64,000 nucleotides of DNA from sequence record LC765218.1; one strand, 5' to 3'. A program made the position numbers and the translations under genes. Positions 57,397-64,000 of this stretch are shown one piece after another. The notes under the pieces were generated by a model. It had not been told where the DNA came from and did no database searches. It worked only from the letters and a program-made list of their open reading frames with translations. Within the stretch, counting starts at the first letter, position 1, and every line of letters starts with the position of its first letter. Source of the stretch: Pseudomonas phage BRkr.

Positions 57397-57464
57397 TCTT
57401 GCACAATCTGATGAGTTGTGGTTTCGCGACCATTAGATTTTGTAGGACAAAGGAGCCATAGTCA

Positions 57465-57938
57465 ATGGCTGAATTCGTGATAGGTAAAGACATTTTTAAA
57501 GAGCCTGGGGATCTTTACCTAATAACTGTTAATACCCGTGGCGTAATGGGTACAGGTTTAGCGGAAAGCTTCCGTGAGAAGTTCCCTGAACTGTATCAAA
57601 GATATAAACATGATTGCAAGTATCGAATCATCACCATCGGTAACCCAACCATCTATCTTGCCGATGATGGTAAACGTTACATGATGTTCCCAACGAAAGA
57701 TCGTTGGCAAGATGATTCACAGTTAAGCTATATCAATGACGGCCTCCAATGGATAGTCGACAATATTGATGTAGAAGATGGGATCGACCCTAAGTGGAAG
57801 ATCGTAGTACCACCGCTCGGTTGCGGAAACGGCATGCTGAAATGGCCTGATGTTAAACAAACATTAGAAAAGTTCAGTAGTCATATCCCTAACGAGATGG
57901 TGGTCGTAGTACCGCCCTGGATGGCGGCCCTTGCTTAA
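57465..57938 (+). CDS. Putative macro-domain (ADP-ribose binding/processing) protein
   Basis: GKDIFKEPGDLYLITVNTRGVMGTGLAESFREKFPELYQRYKHDC parallels the macro-domain signature GDIT..DAIVNAAN..L.GGGGV.GAI..AAG..L..EC. VVPPLGCGNGMLKWPDV parallels the second signature IAFPAISTGVYGYP. RBS AAAGGAG. Confidence 0.45.
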   Translation: MAEFVIGKDIFKEPGDLYLITVNTRGVMGTGLAESFREKFPELYQRYKHDCKYRIITIGNPTIYLADDGKRYMMFPTKDRWQDDSQLSYINDGLQWIVDNIDVEDGIDPKWKIVVPPLGCGNGMLKWPDVKQTLEKFSSHIPNEMVVVVPPWMAALA

Positions 57939-57950
57939 TCAAACCTAAAA

Positions 57951-57973
57951 AGCCCTGGTCTTCGATCAGGGCT
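57951..57973 (+). terminator. Class-B terminator AGCCCTGGTC-TTCG-ATCAGGGCT + TTATGTCGTG
   Basis: UUCG-containing loop. Follows the macro-domain gene. Confidence 0.55.
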
Positions 57974-58012
57974 TTATGTCGTGTCAAACCAAACCCAAAA
58001 GGAAATTGAAAA

Positions 58013-58441
58013 ATGAATATCGCAATCAACGCAATTGTAGCTGTAAGTGTAATCGCTTTCCTGGCCTACATGGCTTATGCAATTTACATGCACCGTCAAC
58101 ATGAGCTAGCTAAAGGGATCAAATCGGATATCTGGCGCTGGCACATGAAAACTATGGATAACATGATCGGTAAGATGGAGAACATTCTCAGGTACTCTAG
58201 TTTGAAGAGTAGTTTCGTAGCCGGTGAACGTCAGTTTGTTGAAGTTATTCGCGAATATCGTATTAAGTCGATCGCTAATACCGAAAGTAAACTTCGTCAA
58301 GCTGGACTCGTGAGTGGTCTGTGTAATGAAGTAAGTAATCACAACGAACATGTGGCCGACGATGTAATTGATCGTGTTCTCGGTCATTTCATCACCGATC
58401 AGAATCTGCTTCAGCGCATCGCTCGTAAGTCCGTAGTCTAA
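58013..58441 (+). CDS. Membrane-anchored hypothetical protein
   Basis: 142-aa ORF with an N-terminal TM helix IAINAIVAVSVIAFLAYMAYAIY. Hairpin plus TTTATGTCG lies 38 nt upstream. Confidence 0.5.
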   Translation: MNIAINAIVAVSVIAFLAYMAYAIYMHRQHELAKGIKSDIWRWHMKTMDNMIGKMENILRYSSLKSSFVAGERQFVEVIREYRIKSIANTESKLRQAGLVSGLCNEVSNHNEHVADDVIDRVLGHFITDQNLLQRIARKSVV

Positions 58442-58467
58442 AGACTACATTCAAACCAATTTAAAGG

Positions 58468-58486
58468 CTATATTACAAGTGTGATA
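58468..58486 (+). promoter_or_regulatory. phiKZ-type early promoter, copy 3 (CTATATTACAAGTGTGATA)
   Basis: Consensus match. Lies 43 nt upstream of micro-ORF 58513. Confidence 0.6.
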
Positions 58487-58512
58487 TTAGTCAACAGATC
58501 AAGGAGATCAAC

Positions 58513-58617
58513 ATGGGACTCGCACGCTTCTGTGTAAAACTCGCTGCATGCATCATCGTTGTTAATGCTGCCTGTTGGGCAGTTGATGAAGTATTCAATG
58601 CTGCTCAAGGAGAATAA
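58513..58617 (+). CDS. Micro-protein (34 aa, hydrophobic)
   Basis: Found by manual translation, 45 nt downstream of early-promoter copy 3. Perfect RBS AAGGAG 7 nt upstream. Sequence MGLARFCVKLAACIIVVNAACWAVDEVFNAAQGE. Confidence 0.3.
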   Translation: MGLARFCVKLAACIIVVNAACWAVDEVFNAAQGE

Positions 58618-58619
58618 AC

Positions 58620-58715
58620 ATGAACACTCTCGTAAAAACTGTATTTGTCGTAACTGTCGGTATCCTGGCAATGAATATTGCTGGTACTCTTTACGATGAA
58701 GTAGTGGGTGCATGA
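58620..58715 (+). CDS. Micro-protein (31 aa, TM)
   Basis: RBS AAGGAG 7 nt upstream. Sequence MNTLVKTVFVVTVGILAMNIAGTLYDEVVGA. The stop overlaps the next start (ATGA). Confidence 0.3.
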   Translation: MNTLVKTVFVVTVGILAMNIAGTLYDEVVGA

Positions 58716-59041
58716 AAACCCGCTATGTTGTTGGTGCCGTTGCATTAGGTATAATTATATCCGGTTTTGCTGGTGCAGCTTATCTAATGCAAAGGCATAT
58801 CGACATGGTTAATAAAGTCGTAGCTAAGGCCGGTAAGGTCGTTGAAAGCTATCACCATGTCTTGCTCCGTAGGAGTCAGTACCTCTTTGGTGATCCAGAG
58901 AGACGCTACGCGATGCTACGTAAAGCATGTTGGGAAGAGGTTCGTGAGATCCTAGATCAGGAATACGAGCCAATCCGAAAGACTGCTGAACCGCGTGTCG
59001 ATCATTATATCAAACAGGTCATCTATCGAGACCTACCTTAA
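58712..59041 (+). CDS. Small membrane-anchored protein (early)
   Basis: 109-aa ORF with an N-terminal TM VVGAVALGIIISGFAGAAYLM. Confidence 0.5.
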   Translation: MKTRYVVGAVALGIIISGFAGAAYLMQRHIDMVNKVVAKAGKVVESYHHVLLRRSQYLFGDPERRYAMLRKACWEEVREILDQEYEPIRKTAEPRVDHYIKQVIYRDLP

Positions 59042-59056
59042 AAAGGGAACTCCATC

Positions 59057-59254
59057 ATGAAAAAGATTCTGGTTGTTACTGGTGCTCTGGCTGCCGTTAT
59101 CGCTCTCGGTACAGCTGCATGTAAGCTGTATGAAACTCTGAACGACAACGTTGTCGAACCAACTGGCGATGATGCATCCACGGATACCGCAGCTGAATCT
59201 CCTGTTCAAGAACAGGATACCTCTGCTCCGGCTGAAGAAACAACTGCTCAATAA
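59057..59254 (+). CDS. Small secreted/lipoprotein-like acidic protein (early)
   Basis: 65-aa ORF. The signal-peptide-like N-terminus MKKILVVTGALAAVIALGTAAC ends in a Cys, lipobox-like. The remainder is acidic. RBS AAGGGAAC. Confidence 0.5.
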   Translation: MKKILVVTGALAAVIALGTAACKLYETLNDNVVEPTGDDASTDTAAESPVQEQDTSAPAEETTAQ

Positions 59255-59280
59255 CCCCATCTGCAAATAAGGAAAGTAAC

Positions 59281-59562
59281 ATGTTCGGTAATTTTGTAAA
59301 AGGTCTGGGTTGTGTTGTAGTCGGCGGTGTAATCTCGATGATCGCCATTACATGGACCGACGAGAACACAGCAGAAGAAGTCATGCAGAAACTGCGTGAC
59401 GCCAATGATCGAATCCCGCCGGATTACGATCTCGATAAACGTAAAGAAGAACTGTCCGATCTGGCAGAACGCCTGATCCATGAAGCAGAAGAACGTATTC
59501 TGCTGACGGCAACTCTGCGCGAACTGCGTGAGGAGGTTGTCAAGTTCCTGCGTAAACTGTAA
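59281..59562 (+). CDS. Small protein with N-terminal TM helix (early)
   Basis: 93-aa ORF with RBS AAGGAAAG. Followed by a UUCG-loop terminator with a T-run. Confidence 0.5.
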   Translation: MFGNFVKGLGCVVVGGVISMIAITWTDENTAEEVMQKLRDANDRIPPDYDLDKRKEELSDLAERLIHEAEERILLTATLRELREEVVKFLRKL

Positions 59563-59566
59563 TAAG

Positions 59567-59594
59567 AAGGGCTCTTCGGAGCCCTTTCTTTTTA
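59567..59594 (+). terminator. Class-A terminator AAGGGCTC-TTCG-GAGCCCTT + TCTTTTTAT
   Basis: UUCG tetraloop plus U-run, just before early promoter 4. Confidence 0.7.
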
Positions 59595-59629
59595 TCATAT
59601 TCGAATGTACATTTAAGTCTTTTTAAAAC

Positions 59630-59651
59630 GTATATTACAAATGTGATAATA
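59630..59651 (+). promoter_or_regulatory. phiKZ-type early promoter, copy 4 (GTATATTACAAATGTGATAATA)
   Basis: Consensus match. Lies 47 nt upstream of micro-ORF 59678 and just after terminator 59567-59594. Confidence 0.6.
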
Positions 59652-59677
59652 CCCCTATCTAGAGAAGGAAACTCAAC

Positions 59678-59833
59678 ATGAAAGCTATCGTAATGGTTCT
59701 GGTTGGTATGGTTCTCGGTGCAGCTGTTGTTTACGGCGGTTCCTATGAAGCTCCGAAAGTTGAAAAAGAATCCGAGGTTATTCTCGGTCATCGTATCGGT
59801 CCCAATGGCCAAGAAATGCTCGTAACTAAATAA
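59678..59833 (+). CDS. Micro-protein (51 aa, N-terminal TM)
   Basis: Found by manual translation, 47 nt downstream of early-promoter copy 4. RBS GAAGGAAAC. Sequence MKAIVMVLVGMVLGAAVVYGG…. Confidence 0.4.
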   Translation: MKAIVMVLVGMVLGAAVVYGGSYEAPKVEKESEVILGHRIGPNGQEMLVTK

Positions 59834-59843
59834 GGAGATAAAA

Positions 59844-60185
59844 ATGGAAAAGTCCGTAGCAGTTAAAGTAATCGACAACATGTGCCGTCCGAATATCGTT
59901 GCTCGCATGAATGGTAAACTGGTCTACCATGCGCGTAACGTAGAAATAGTGGAAGGTAAGGATCTATGGCCAAATCGCACTGACGTAGATGATGTTCGTG
60001 TACTGGTCGGTGAAACCTTCCGTAACGGTGAATGGGTATCCCTGCGCAGTTCTAGCCTGGTTAAAGTAGACACTGTTGCTGGTGTATACGAAACCCTCAA
60101 CTCTGTTTACCTTGCTCCGGATCTTCTGGGAAGTCTCTCGGTTGGTCCCGACGTCTTCAATTCGGATGCCACTCTGAAAGGGTAA
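59844..60185 (+). CDS. Hypothetical small protein (early)
   Basis: 113-aa ORF with RBS AAGGAG 7 nt upstream. Confidence 0.5.
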   Translation: MEKSVAVKVIDNMCRPNIVARMNGKLVYHARNVEIVEGKDLWPNRTDVDDVRVLVGETFRNGEWVSLRSSSLVKVDTVAGVYETLNSVYLAPDLLGSLSVGPDVFNSDATLKG

Positions 60186-60190
60186 TAGTC

Positions 60191-60343
60191 ATGGACTTCA
60201 TTAAAGAAAATGCACTCAGCTTGGGTCTCATCGCCGTAGCCGTTGTCGGCTTCGTCGGCGTTGCTGCTTACCATAACAACTGGATGGAAGAGCGTCGTAA
60301 GACCAAGGACGAAACTGCAAAACCAAAAGCTGAACTGCGTTAA
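60191..60343 (+). CDS. Micro-protein (50 aa, single TM)
   Basis: Found by manual translation: MDFIKENALSLGLIAVAVVGFVGVAAYHNNWMEERRKTKDETAKPKAELR. Lies 5 nt after the upstream stop. Confidence 0.4.
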   Translation: MDFIKENALSLGLIAVAVVGFVGVAAYHNNWMEERRKTKDETAKPKAELR

Positions 60344-60381
60344 TCCATTCTCACTTCAAATTCGAAAATAGGAATATACAA

Positions 60382-60705
60382 ATGAATCAAGTCCTCAAAG
60401 AAATGGCAATTGGTCTTGGCGTTGCCCTGACTGTCGCTGGTGTCATGATCGGTACTGATATCGTGGCTAAGAGTCTGAACGATAAGATTCTTTTCGCTGA
60501 TTTCAGTAAGCGGTTGGACGTACTGATCCAAGAAGCACGTAAAGCTGCGATCGAGAATGATACCGCTGCTCGTCTGCGTTTCTCTCAGGGCCTGTTGAGT
60601 CTCCGCATTAAAATGGCTATTGAAATGCGTGATCGTGACGGTGAGTACAAAGCTGCATTCGATGTACGCATCGATGAATTCAAATCCGAAATGGGTTGGG
60701 GGTAA
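60382..60705 (+). CDS. Small membrane-anchored protein (early)
   Basis: 107-aa ORF with an N-terminal TM helix. RBS-like AATAGGAA. Confidence 0.5.
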   Translation: MNQVLKEMAIGLGVALTVAGVMIGTDIVAKSLNDKILFADFSKRLDVLIQEARKAAIENDTAARLRFSQGLLSLRIKMAIEMRDRDGEYKAAFDVRIDEFKSEMGWG

Positions 60706-60709
60706 TAGG

Positions 60710-61096
60710 ATGGAAACCTACGTTAAATACGGTCTCATTGCATTGGCGGTTAGTGCAACCGCCGTTGCTGCTATCCTCGCCGTAAAAGCAACCACCAAGG
60801 AAGAAGGGCGAACTGTAGCGGAACAGATCGAAAGCAGTATCTCTGATATTCTTATCGATAAGATCTCGGCCTACCGTAATAGTGATCAACATCGCAAGTT
60901 GGTGAATCGGCTCAGGCGTGATCGTGAACTGGATGTCGCAGAGTTCATTTCGCGTATCCAGCTGGACATCGCTCTGAACGTTCTTCCGGAGGTAGAAGTA
61001 CTTCTGGAATCTCATCGTGATCAGCTGACCGAGGAAGAGTTTGGTCGGCTGGTTGCAAATCTCCAACATTTCGTACAACGGATCATCGCTAAGTGA
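60710..61096 (+). CDS. Small membrane-anchored protein (early)
   Basis: Start at ATG 60710 (METYVKYGLIALAVSATAVAAIL) with RBS TAGGA; the ORF track gives 60620. Confidence 0.5.
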   Translation: METYVKYGLIALAVSATAVAAILAVKATTKEEGRTVAEQIESSISDILIDKISAYRNSDQHRKLVNRLRRDRELDVAEFISRIQLDIALNVLPEVEVLLESHRDQLTEEEFGRLVANLQHFVQRIIAK

Positions 61097-61269
61097 AAAC
61101 CAAAATAGGTGTAGGTTTTCTTGCAGTTCTGATGGGACTCGCTGCTGCTTGCGGTGAGTTCTATTATGAACTGACCAAACCCGAAGGTAAGGTTTCGAAG
61201 GAATGGTGTCAAGATCCGGCTAAACCGAAATGTACTATGTTTGCATTCACTGTAAATGAGGATAAATAA
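61093..61269 (+). CDS. Putative small lipoprotein (58 aa)
   Basis: A GTG start overlaps the upstream stop (GTGA). Sequence KTKIGVGFLAVLMGLAAAC has lipobox L-A-A-C. Found by manual translation. Confidence 0.4.
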   Translation: MKTKIGVGFLAVLMGLAAACGEFYYELTKPEGKVSKEWCQDPAKPKCTMFAFTVNEDK

Positions 61270-61872
61270 ATGGATAGTCGTCTGTCGAAAGTCTTCCAAA
61301 ACGTGGACCATGTGTTCACCCAAGAGCAGACCAATGAACTGGTCAATCGTCGTAATGAAGACATGATGTTGACCGTAAAGGTTGACGCTATGCTGGCGTT
61401 GATCAAAAACGATGCAGTTAAGTTCAAAGATCTGGAAACGTTGATCATTAATGATGCAATCGATTTCATTACAGCTGAACGTGCATCTGATATCGCACTG
61501 GGCCTTTTCAACAAAATGGTTTACCAGGATGTTGGACCAGATGCAGTCGGCTTGTTGGAATATGCCAAAGCCGCCGAGTACATGTGCACGCACGTGGATG
61601 AATCCTGTGCATGGGTCAATACGTACCGTGATAAGCTGAAGTCTTTCATGGTCACTTTCACCTCTCAGTGCATTGGCAATGCTTTGGTTCGTTCTGAGCT
61701 GAGAACTCTTCAGGCTCAAAACTACAACATCGCCAAGCAAAACTTTCGCAACATGAGTAAACCTGCCCCTGAAGGCACCGTAAAGGAACTGGCTGCAAAA
61801 TACGGTAAGTCCATTTCGGAGATCCGCCGTATGAAAGCTGAAGGTCGTCTTGGGGAACTGACCCAGGAATAA
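61270..61872 (+). CDS. Hypothetical protein (early region)
   Basis: 200-aa ORF whose start overlaps the upstream stop (TAAATG). A UUCG-loop hairpin follows. Confidence 0.55.
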   Translation: MDSRLSKVFQNVDHVFTQEQTNELVNRRNEDMMLTVKVDAMLALIKNDAVKFKDLETLIINDAIDFITAERASDIALGLFNKMVYQDVGPDAVGLLEYAKAAEYMCTHVDESCAWVNTYRDKLKSFMVTFTSQCIGNALVRSELRTLQAQNYNIAKQNFRNMSKPAPEGTVKELAAKYGKSISEIRRMKAEGRLGELTQE

Positions 61873-61873
61873 T

Positions 61874-61900
61874 AGATGGGTCTCTTCGGAGACCCCATCT
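61874..61900 (+). terminator. Terminator hairpin AGATGGGTCTC-TTCG-GAGACCCCATCT
   Basis: 11-bp stem with one bulge. UUCG loop. Follows gene 61270-61872. Confidence 0.55.
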
Positions 61901-61967
61901 CAATGTGTCTTGGAAAGGATGCATTGAGATGTACTCAACTAAACCCAAATGTAAAAAGGAAATTACC

Positions 61968-63095
61968 ATGAAACAATATCGCGAACCCACCACCCGGCTG
62001 ACCAAAGAAAAACTGGAATGGGTTATCGAACGTCGCAAGGAACGTAAAGCCGAGAGCCCCTTCGGCCGCGCTCATTTCCCTGCTGGTACCCGTGCAATCT
62101 TCGAGTCCTGTTCTCTCCGTTTCCTGGACGAAAATGAACGCGTGTATCCCGGTCAGCGTTATGAAACCTTCGAAGCTACCGTTCTTGGTATCGTGGCCAA
62201 TGGTCATGACAGCTATGTCGCTGTTCTGGATAAACCCTGCAACTTGATCGAAGGACGCAAGTACAGCATCAACATTAGCTGGTGTAAAAAGATCCTCGAA
62301 CGTGGCGAAGGTAACTTCACCTGGTTCAAAGAAGAACCGACTGAGTACGATCGTGCGCATGGTTGGAACATCCGTGAGAAACATCCGACTGTTCGTTGGG
62401 TAGAAGGTCCTCGCCCTACTAAGGTTCGCAACCTGACCTGGGCTGAGGAGTTCGACTACCATCGTCATACCGATCCGGTCTACGTCGAGATTAACAAACA
62501 CCACAACCAGTACTTCATCACTGACATGCGTACGTTCGTGATGTTCGCTCTCCAAGAGCATCCTGCATATACCAACCCTTCGAAGGATCATCTGTACGAT
62601 CTGGAGAAACTGGTAGCAGCGATGTATGCTGATCCGACTATCAAGGCAGCTGAAGTAAAACTGTCTCGTTATTTCGGTAGCTGGTTGATCAGCAAGAAGA
62701 AGTTCCATAAAGTCCTGCAACGCCTGCTGCCGTTCTACAAGACTTCTCGTCGTAAGGCGCAGGAAGAAGATAACAAAGCAATGTCCGAAATGTACGAAAA
62801 AGAAATGGAACGTGACTTCGATGAAATGTATGGAGAGTCTTCGGATTCTTCTGATGAATCGTGCTACTCCATGGAAGACTCGTACTACGACTCTGGTTTG
62901 GATGACGACATCGATATGATTAACATGAATGACATGTTCGAAGACTCGGCATGTTCTCGTGAAATCAGTGATGACGTTCAACCCAAAACCATCGGTGAAC
63001 TCCTGCGTGAAGCAATGGAAGAACCCGACGAAGATAAATCCAAACTGGTTATCAGCAGCATGGAAACTCTCTCGGAAGCGGTTGTTATCAAATAA
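61968..63095 (+). CDS. Hypothetical protein with Ser/Asp/Glu-rich acidic C-terminal tail
   Basis: Start at ATG 61968 (MKQYREPTTRL) with RBS AAAAGGAA 7 nt upstream; the ORF track's 61905 is a GTG. The C-terminal ~90 aa are highly acidic (ESSDSSDESCYSMEDSYYDSGLDDDIDMINMNDMFEDS…). GC-richer than surroundings. Confidence 0.55.
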   Translation: MKQYREPTTRLTKEKLEWVIERRKERKAESPFGRAHFPAGTRAIFESCSLRFLDENERVYPGQRYETFEATVLGIVANGHDSYVAVLDKPCNLIEGRKYSINISWCKKILERGEGNFTWFKEEPTEYDRAHGWNIREKHPTVRWVEGPRPTKVRNLTWAEEFDYHRHTDPVYVEINKHHNQYFITDMRTFVMFALQEHPAYTNPSKDHLYDLEKLVAAMYADPTIKAAEVKLSRYFGSWLISKKKFHKVLQRLLPFYKTSRRKAQEEDNKAMSEMYEKEMERDFDEMYGESSDSSDESCYSMEDSYYDSGLDDDIDMINMNDMFEDSACSREISDDVQPKTIGELLREAMEEPDEDKSKLVISSMETLSEAVVIK

Positions 63096-63128
63096 TTCGT
63101 TCCTAAGAACTTTCAATAAGGAATAGGC

Positions 63129-63269
63129 ATGCTCTGGAAAATCACGTGTTACAATGGTACTGTCTGGGAGGCTCCCTCTCAAATGGGAATCGAAGAGGCA
63201 CTTCAAAAGTTCTATCGTGACACTGAATTGTCGCAGTGGGATATTGTCAAAATAGAAAACATGCATTAA
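63129..63269 (+). CDS. Micro-protein (46 aa)
   Basis: Found by manual translation. RBS AAGGAATAGG upstream. MLWKITCYNGTVWEAPSQMGIEEALQKFYRDTELSQWDIVKIENMH. Confidence 0.35.
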   Translation: MLWKITCYNGTVWEAPSQMGIEEALQKFYRDTELSQWDIVKIENMH

Positions 63270-63278
63270 GGAGTAATT

Positions 63279-63911
63279 ATGGACGTCGTTCAAGCAGTTC
63301 TGGTAATGGTTGCCCTTAAAGAACAGGCCGTCAAAGGCGTTGTTCGCGTTGCATTGACTCACCCCCGTGCAGCTAACTGGGTAAAGGTCGAAGATCGACT
63401 GATTCCTGACTATACTTCCAAGATCACTCACATCGAAGTTCCGCTTCACGATGTGCTGATCATGGGTAATGTCAATGCCGGTGGCAAATACGAACGCTGC
63501 GTCATGCGTAACAATGCAAACTGGTATGATATCATCATCCTGAAAAACGGTGTACCGACTGTGGAAGGTTGGATGCATCAGCGCAATACGGCGGACATGA
63601 CTGTCCAGTCCATGGGTACTGTAGCAGAGTGGTCCAAACCCGCTACTGCTGCCATGCCTAATCCGACCAAGATCTTCTTCCATCTGGTAACTGTAATGGA
63701 TACCAATGGTCGTGTCTGGGCGGTGGTGATCGAAGCTCGTGGCATTCCGGTAACTCAGGAAAACGTGAAAGATAAACTGGCCATGGGTATGTTCTTCGAG
63801 AGTGAAGAACATGCCCGTGAGTACATCAGCGATCGAGTAATGTTCTTCAGTGAGGTCTCTCCGACCAAACCGAAATGCAATGCATTGACCTATGCTCATG
63901 TAGCTGCGTGA
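63279..63911 (+). CDS. Hypothetical protein (early region)
   Basis: 210-aa ORF with RBS TAAGGAG 7 nt upstream. Followed by the class-A terminator 63916-63947. Confidence 0.55.
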   Translation: MDVVQAVLVMVALKEQAVKGVVRVALTHPRAANWVKVEDRLIPDYTSKITHIEVPLHDVLIMGNVNAGGKYERCVMRNNANWYDIIILKNGVPTVEGWMHQRNTADMTVQSMGTVAEWSKPATAAMPNPTKIFFHLVTVMDTNGRVWAVVIEARGIPVTQENVKDKLAMGMFFESEEHAREYISDRVMFFSEVSPTKPKCNALTYAHVAA

Positions 63912-63915
63912 TAAC

Positions 63916-63947
63916 AGGGGACCTTCGGGTCCCCTTTTTTATTTTTT
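63916..63947 (+). terminator. Class-A terminator AGGGGACC-TTCG-GGTCCCCT + T6AT6 then ATGTCGTAA
   Basis: Perfect 8-bp stem with UUCG loop and a long U-run. Confidence 0.75.
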
Positions 63948-64000
63948 ATGTCGTAATTTTTTATTTAGTAATAAACCCATAAACCGCAAAAAGGAAATTA

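Noticed and set aside
61935-63899. 654-aa ORF on the minus strand
   Set aside because: It is antisense to two + strand genes (61968-63095 and 63279-63911) that have good RBSs and a downstream + strand hairpin plus U-run terminator. The local GC-rich composition explains the lack of stops. The protein sequence looks non-biological.
1-64000. tRNA genes, transposases/integrases, homing endonucleases or introns interrupting the RNAP genes
   Set aside because: No tRNA-like T-loop or acceptor signatures were seen in intergenic gaps, all of which are under 125 nt and occupied by hairpins or promoters. No HNH, GIY-YIG, DDE or tyrosine-recombinase motifs were seen in any ORF. The RNAP fragments are separate ORFs rather than intron- or intein-interrupted genes.

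Overview
This 64-kb window looks like part of a phiKZ-like (nucleus-forming type) jumbo phage genome, about 45-47% GC, densely coding and mostly on the + strand. There are three minus-strand islands: 11630-11992, 19423-22093 and 27273-29581, plus 32983-36952.

The strongest signal is two paralogous sets of split bacterial-type multisubunit RNA polymerase genes:
- a beta-prime N-terminal fragment with the Zn-finger and NADFDGD motif (5' truncated at the window start, ends 1365);
- an adjacent pair at 12066-16177: a beta C-terminal half followed by a beta-prime C-terminal half;
- a second beta-prime fragment at 23056-24399 (bridge helix through region G).

Other recognisable genes:
- Mre11/SbcD-like nuclease at 4132-5277;
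- SSB-like protein with a Gly-rich linker and a DDSIPDF acidic tail at 6193-6939;
- SF2 helicase interrupted by a frameshift inside its Walker A motif at 16234-17768;
- DEDDy exonuclease / family-B polymerase N-terminal portion that lacks motifs B and C at 27638-29581;
- HEXXH metallopeptidase at 29690-30937;
- macro-domain-like protein at 57465-57938.

The late-looking region 31.7-51.5 kb holds an expanded family of paralogous acidic proteins, including a roughly 400-aa hyper-acidic repeat tract. Large minus-strand structural-looking genes also sit there.

Regulatory structure is unusually legible:
- Four copies of a conserved phiKZ-type early promoter, cTATATTACAAnTGTGaATA, each about 40-47 nt upstream of clusters of tiny membrane-protein genes or an early operon.
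- About 20 intrinsic-terminator hairpins, many with cUUCGg tetraloops, that fall into two classes.
- Class A terminators are followed by a canonical U-run.
- Class B terminators are followed by a conserved CTTTATGCCG / CTTTATGCTATG tail with only a 3-U tract. These often carry a mirror ACATAAAG on the 5' side, giving long bidirectional palindromes between convergent genes.
- The class-B tail may double as a TATG-type late promoter, since TATG consistently lies 20-47 nt upstream of downstream start codons.

No tRNA, CRISPR array or transposase was seen.
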